Both the position numbers and the translations under genes were made by a program. From positions 20,894,001 to 20,958,000 of the forward strand of contig JBHGNT010000006.1 in assembly GCA_043228905.1 (NCBI GenBank): a stretch of DNA of 64,000 bases, written 5' to 3'. Source of the DNA: Azolla caroliniana (lineage: Eukaryota; Plantae; Polypodiophyta). Below are positions 58,527 to 64,000 of this stretch, piece after piece. Each line of letters begins with the position of its first letter. The stretch's first letter is position 1. The notes under the pieces were generated by a model. That model made no database searches, was not told the DNA's origin, and saw only the letters and a list, made by a program, of their open reading frames with translations.

Positions 58527-60489
58527 AATACCAATCAATATGAACATGGGGTGTTCCTTGAACACATATTGACTATACACACACAATAACAATCAATATG
58601 AACATGGGTGTTCCTTGAACACATATGGCACAAGAGAGAGGGATCTTGGATTCTAACTCATAGCCTCAAAACCCATAAGAGAGGGGATTCCAACTCATCA
58701 CCACAACCTCATTAGTTGTTACAAAAATGTACATTTGTGCATACATTCATGGAGTTCATTAGCTTGAGGTAACATGCCCATTAACTCATGGGCTCTCGTG
58801 GATATTGGATTATAATGGTCAAAGTTGGTATACAATACCGATCAAGACCCAAATTTGGCTAGAGGAAGATGATCAAGAACCCGAATTTGGCTAGAGGAAG
58901 ATGATTGAGGACCCGAATTTGGCTAGAGGAAGATGACCGAGAACCCGAATTTTGGCTAGAGCAACATACCCCCATTTGCTCGTGGACCACCCGTTTTGTG
59001 ATTAATGTATGATTGCATTATTGTGGCACACAAATGACCATGAATAATGTTCGAATCACTCTATTGTAAATCCCTTGTTAATTTTTCTCGATATAACCTA
59101 TGCAATGACACTTTTCGGTCCGAATCTTGATGAATCCCAAGTCCACCCTAACGACTCAAATACCTATACCATTAGGATCGGCATTCTCTTAATCACTTTT
59201 AGCACACAATTATACACAATTAGGACATTATGCATAGCGATAAGATCGAGCTCTTTTTTTTATTAATTATGTTCCGATATATATATCATTATCCAATCCT
59301 AATTACTTAATTAATTATCCTCGAATGACTCACGAAGTTGTAGCCAGTGCTCCTGATAATGCCGGCAGCAGCCGAAGCATAGCTGACCCCCTTGAGGATA
59401 GTCGCGCCTCTGGTGGTCGGGTCAAGGTACGGTACTGCAAACGGCAGCCCGAACCTCTCGGCTGCACAAGCGATAATTAATGAAAACCACTTTATTAATC
59501 TCAATTTAACACTAATCATACCTAATGGAAATGCTACCACTTAATTTAAGACACTAAATGGACAATATGTTATAACTACTTAATTCAGTACAAAATCATA
59601 CTAAATGGATATAATATGTTATAACTACTTAATTCAGCACAAAATCATACTAAATGGATATATGTGAATAAGTACTTAATTCAGCACAAAATCATACTAA
59701 ATGGGTATATGTTAATAAGTACTTAATTCAGCACAAAATTATACTAAATGGATATATGTTAATAAGTACTTAATTCAGCACAAAATCGTTAGATTAGAAC
59801 CTACCTGGGAACACACAAGAAACCTATATATGTCAATATCTGCTCTACACACAAGTTAAAAAGCATTGGTGTTGATCTGTTACTATTAGTCAAACTTTTG
59901 TGATTAAACACCACTAATTTATGCACTAATTCCATAGGACAGTACACACAAGTTAAAAAGTATTGGTGTTGATCTGTTACGATTAAATTCGAAATTTTGC
60001 GATTAAACACCACTAATTTGTGCACTAATTCCATAGGTTAGTACACACAAGTTTTAAAAGCATTGGTGTTGATCTGTTACCATTTAAACACCACTAATTA
60101 CGGGCAAATTTAGTCCAACTTTGTGATTAAACACCACTAAATTATGCACTAATTCCATGGGTTAGTAGTGCTTAAATTTAGGGGGGAGGAGTAGGAGGCG
60201 GACCGATGAAATCGACGACGACCTTGCCATTGCTGAAGCGGCCGGTCGCGCCAGCGGGGAAATCGATTCCGAATGGTTTCATGTCGGATCTTGCGGCGGT
60301 GGAGATGTAATTGTTGTTGCCCACATCTACCAACGAATCGCCAAACACGAAAAGGGCAGCGTAGGATTTTTCTGCGCTAACTCCGATTACGAATGAAGGT
60401 GTGAGGGATTCATCACAACCCATCATCACCATCACCATCACCATCATCATCATCATCAGTACCATCACCATTCCCATCTTCATTGCCAT
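57128..60489 (-). CDS. GDSL esterase/lipase; exons 60489-60204, 59461-59334, 58348-58109, 58016-57764, 57309-57128
   Basis: Motifs [49 protein letters not shown] and [10 protein letters not shown]; canonical 5-exon structure with phase-consistent GT-AG introns. Confidence 0.97.
58465..58523. repeat. (AC)n microsatellite in a GDSL intron
   Basis: Read directly. Confidence 0.97.
58846..58961. repeat. ~4 x 33-bp tandem repeat in a GDSL intron
   Basis: ACCCGAATTTGGCTAGAGGAAGATGA repeated. Confidence 0.9.
59555..60165. repeat. Two tandem-repeat arrays in GDSL intron 1 (~47-bp units, then ~95-bp units)
   Basis: TACTTAATTCAGCACAAAATCATACTAAATGG x~5; TACACACAAGTT..ATTGGTGTTGATCTGTTAC..AAACACCACTAA x~3. 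Confidence 0.85.
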
Positions 60490-60630
60490 ATCACCAAGCT
60501 TAAGCTGCAATCAGAATCATGCCTTGAATGGGTATATCAATGAGGATGTAAAATTTGCTTCTTCTAGTCTATCTTTTCTTTTTAAGTGTGTGATTGGTTT
60601 GATAAGAGCTTGGAATGAATAGAAGGTGAC

Positions 60631-60638
60631 ATTTATAA
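60631..60638 (-). promoter_or_regulatory. Candidate TATA box of the GDSL gene
   Basis: TTATAAAT on the minus strand ~145 bp upstream of the ATG, next to a G/C homopolymer. Confidence 0.45.
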
Positions 60639-61044
60639 GGTCCCCCCCCCCCCCCCCCATTGATTGCTTTGTTGGACAAGAGAAGGAAGAGTTAGTGAGG
60701 GTGGATAGTGTTCATTTAATGCCATTGAACATAATAACTAAAGCCTTTTTCTGTTAGAGGTTTGGCTGCAAAATTCAATACATCTAAAGATGTTGATTTT
60801 ATAATCCTCCCCCCACGGAAAAAACACTTTCATTATGTGGAGCCAACCCTCGAAAGAAAGCTACACTCTCCCATGCATACAACCAACCAACCACCATATC
60901 CATTGTTAGTCCGAGTCCCTCATGAACAACCCAACCGTTAACCGATCATATGATCGTCTCGAGGTACATATGACCCAATTCCTATCTTGTGGATTAATGT
61001 CGGTACTCTACTAGTACCGTAGTCATATTGTGACTTGAATCGTG

Positions 61045-61290
61045 AAGCATGCTTTGGTCCAAGTGTTAACTGTCGTACCTTCCCCTCCCCGATCATACGA
61101 TGTGTGGAAGAGTTCTAGAGTTCGATTCTTTGCTAGAGCGGCTACATTAAAGTGTATTCCTTTTCCTATTTGGCACTGAGCATTGAGTAGCATGAGTCAA
61201 GTGTCCCTATTTGATTGTTTGGCTACTCGAAGTACAACCAATTCTACAAGCACCATGGTCCTCTGACTTGAAAGAGTTAAAGGGTACTCG
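61045..61290 (+). mobile_element. Possible tRNA-derived SINE
   Basis: A-box-like TGGTCCAAGTG (61055) and B-box-like GTTCGATTC (61120); no full cloverleaf and no clear TSD. Confidence 0.35.
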
Positions 61291-61499
61291 ATTATGATGA
61301 ATGTTGATGCTAGTCTTCGCGCCGATCATTAAGATGATAATGTTGTAAATGCTACTGCAACCAAGTGTGTGTGGGGAAGGAAGATTTGGAGCTAGTGTAG
61401 ATGGATGCGAAACTTGAAGTTTGCTCTAGGTGATCTCGAGGAGGTCTATATGTCTAGTTTTGTGCAAGTTACTAGATAAGTAGAAATCAATATCGAAGT

Positions 61500-62074
61500 C
61501 AAGGAAAAGCCATATGGCATGATGTAGGCCCTCGCTGATGTTACGAGAAGTTTTACTTCAATGTGAGCTCTAGAGCTAAAGATAAGCCAAAAGTTTCACA
61601 TGAATTAGGGAAGAATATTCTAGAAATTCTGGAGGGACCCATCTATATCAAGGTGATTACATCATTGTAGTGCAAATTGAGCAATTTCATATGGAAAGAT
61701 CGAAGCCTCTCATTGCCTTGAAGGTCCATGTACATGAGAATGAGTAAAAAAGGTTTGCTTAAGAACAAATGTGGATTGTTCCTATGGAGGATCAAACTCA
61801 ACTTCCCTATGGTGTGAACACATCCTAAGACTACAAGTGTGTGGACACACCACTACCACTATGTAACGTAACTAATGTGTCATAAAGACTAAACTTCTAT
61901 GGCACATAGTTAGTAGGTAGTTAATTTCCCTCCTCTTTCCTAAGAGATAGTTGTAGTAAGAGGGTGTAGAGAGAAGGTGACCATATAAGCACCTTCTCTT
62001 CTCCTTTGTATCGTTATTGGTTGTCATTCTTGTGAATACAATTTTATTAGTTTCTGTCTATCTTGTGTCGACTA

Positions 62075-62108
<34 letters not shown>

Positions 62109-63878
62109 CTATTCCACTGCATTGAATCATACTTGATTCTTAATGTGGTATTAGAGCGATTGGTATTCTGATCCAACCCATTCACCCGTGTTGTGTTATA
62201 CACCGACGATCAAGAAGAATTGGTTCATCAAGCAGAGAAGAAGAAAAAGGAAAACAACTTTAACCAATCGACCATCATGAACAGTCAGATAGGCAACTCT
62301 CTCCCTAGCGAAAAGCTGGATAGAAATAACTTTGCCTATTGGGAATACAAGATGCACCAATACCTTGTCGGTCAAGGTTATTGGAGCTGCTATATTGAGG
62401 GAGCACAAGAAATGAAACCCAACCCAACACACGCTGACTACCCAACATGGGAGCAAGCGGCAAGTCGAGTGTTGTACTGTTTGGCGTCATGTGTCCACGA
62501 CCACATGCTCGGCTTCATTCGGAAGCCTAAGATGACGAAGGAAGCATGGGTGAACCTAATGAAGATTTTTGTAGCCAACACAACCACACAAAAACTTCAA
62601 CTTCGTCAAGAGTTGAATAACATCCAATAGAGGGATATGTCAATCACAAGCTATACCTTGAAGCTCAAGGAGTTGTGTGACTCATTCGACTCGATCAATG
62701 TTAACATTGACGACGATGAAATGGTGTAAATATGCCTCGATGGCCTAGCACCCCGTTTTAGCACAATAAAATTAGCCGTCCTCGTATGAGAGAATCCTCC
62801 CTCCTTCTTTGATCTCCAGTCGATGCTATTGGTTGAAGAAAATCACATCCGAACGAGGAGCAATGCATCAGAAGGTCACATGCCCTATTCACACTCGGAC
62901 GGAGGAAGAGGACATGATCGTGGAAAAAGAGGCCGATTCGGCCAAGGCTGAAACGATAGAGAATCATTGCATGAACATAATTTCTACTATAGGCAAGATG
63001 TTGGAAACACTCGAGGAACATTCGGCAGGAGGGGGAGCTTTCATGCTGGATTGCGCTAACAAAATAATCCCACCAAATGTGGGTATTGTGGCAAAATTGG
63101 CCACCATGAGGTAGAGTGCTGAAAGAAGAAACGTGAGTCGGCCTGCACAAGCCGACAACTCACCAATCATGCCAATAACTCTAACCACGACAATCATGGA
63201 GGGATGTTCGTAATAAGACATAACGCAAATTCTATGTCGGCCTCCAATCCGACTGAGACGTCCAATGCAGAAGATGTGTGATTTGTTGACTCCGATGCCC
63301 TAAACAATATGACATCTCATCAAGACTGGTTTTGAGGCTTGAGGGAGCCCGGATCGGCCCGACTATGTTGAGCCTGGAGATGACACCACTCACCCGATAC
63401 GACATGTTAGCAACCAAACCTATATATCAAAAACGTGTTGCATGTTCTGACCATAATGAAGAATTTGGTCTCAGTCAGGCAAATTATGGAACAAGGCATG
63501 CAAATCCATTTCAACCACGCAAGTTCTTTCATTGAGGAAGAAGGCCGAGTCATTGCTCACGGACGAAGAGAGGGCCGAATGTTCATTCTTGACTCATACA
63601 AGTTGAAATCTATCATGTTTGCAAAAGGTCTCAAAGCCGACATGGACATAGAATTGTGGCACAAAAGAATCAGACACATCAACCTCCAAAAGCTCAAAAG
63701 CCTCCAGACGAAAGGAGTCTTCATCGGACTCCCAAAATTGATAGAGAAGGACAGTATTGGAGTGTGTGAAGTTTGCCAAATCGGCAAACAACATTGGCAT
63801 CCATTTTCGAAGGAGAGAAACGTAAGCAAAGGCCTCATGGACGTAATTCACTCATATGTGTGGGGTCCAACGCAAACT
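61500..63878 (+). mobile_element. Degenerate Ty1/copia element (LTR start uncertain): LTR, PBS, gag, protease, start of integrase
   Basis: PBS-like TGGTATTAGAGC 62146-62157; gag EKLDRNNFAYW; zinc knuckle CGYCGKIGH..EC; protease *FVDS; LWHKRIRH..CEVCQIGK; IHSYVWGP; many stops. Confidence 0.88.
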
Positions 63879-64000
63879 ATCACGAATGAATATAATAGAG
63901 TAGAACCAACACGAAACTAAGAACTAGGAGAGAGAGAAAAAACAAGAACATAACTTATGATTCCGTAACTGGTGTTGTTCACCTTGATTAGAATCAAGGT
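63879..64000. mobile_element. Probable nested insertion (LTR-like) cutting the copia integrase
   Basis: Integrase homology stops abruptly after VWGPTQT and is replaced by non-coding GA-rich sequence. Confidence 0.4.

Overview
Eukaryotic land-plant nuclear DNA with GT-AG introns and TTTAGGG repeats. PPR proteins with extended 'LL'-type motifs point to a fern or another seed-free plant (inference). The first 9.6 kb holds two head-to-tail Mutator-like (MULE) DNA transposons embedded in (TACA)n microsatellite. The complete copy (2326-9452) has a 9-bp TSD, ~160-bp imperfect TIRs, a spliced zinc-finger-like accessory gene, a Ulp1/C48 SUMO-protease gene and a 974-codon transposase frame broken by one TAG. 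The diverged neighbouring copy has a TAG at the same codon. The rest is gene-rich euchromatin with eight host genes: an EMB2759-like membrane protein, an uncharacterised C-terminal zinc-finger protein, NECAP, two PLS-E PPR genes (one with a 13x8-aa insertion), RPL38, an intronless multi-RRM protein and a GDSL lipase. Between them lie two degenerate Ty1/copia elements, LINE fragments, a hAT-like MITE, a possible SINE, a plastid psaA fragment and several tandem or inverted repeats. All calls come from reading the sequence by eye; no searches were run.
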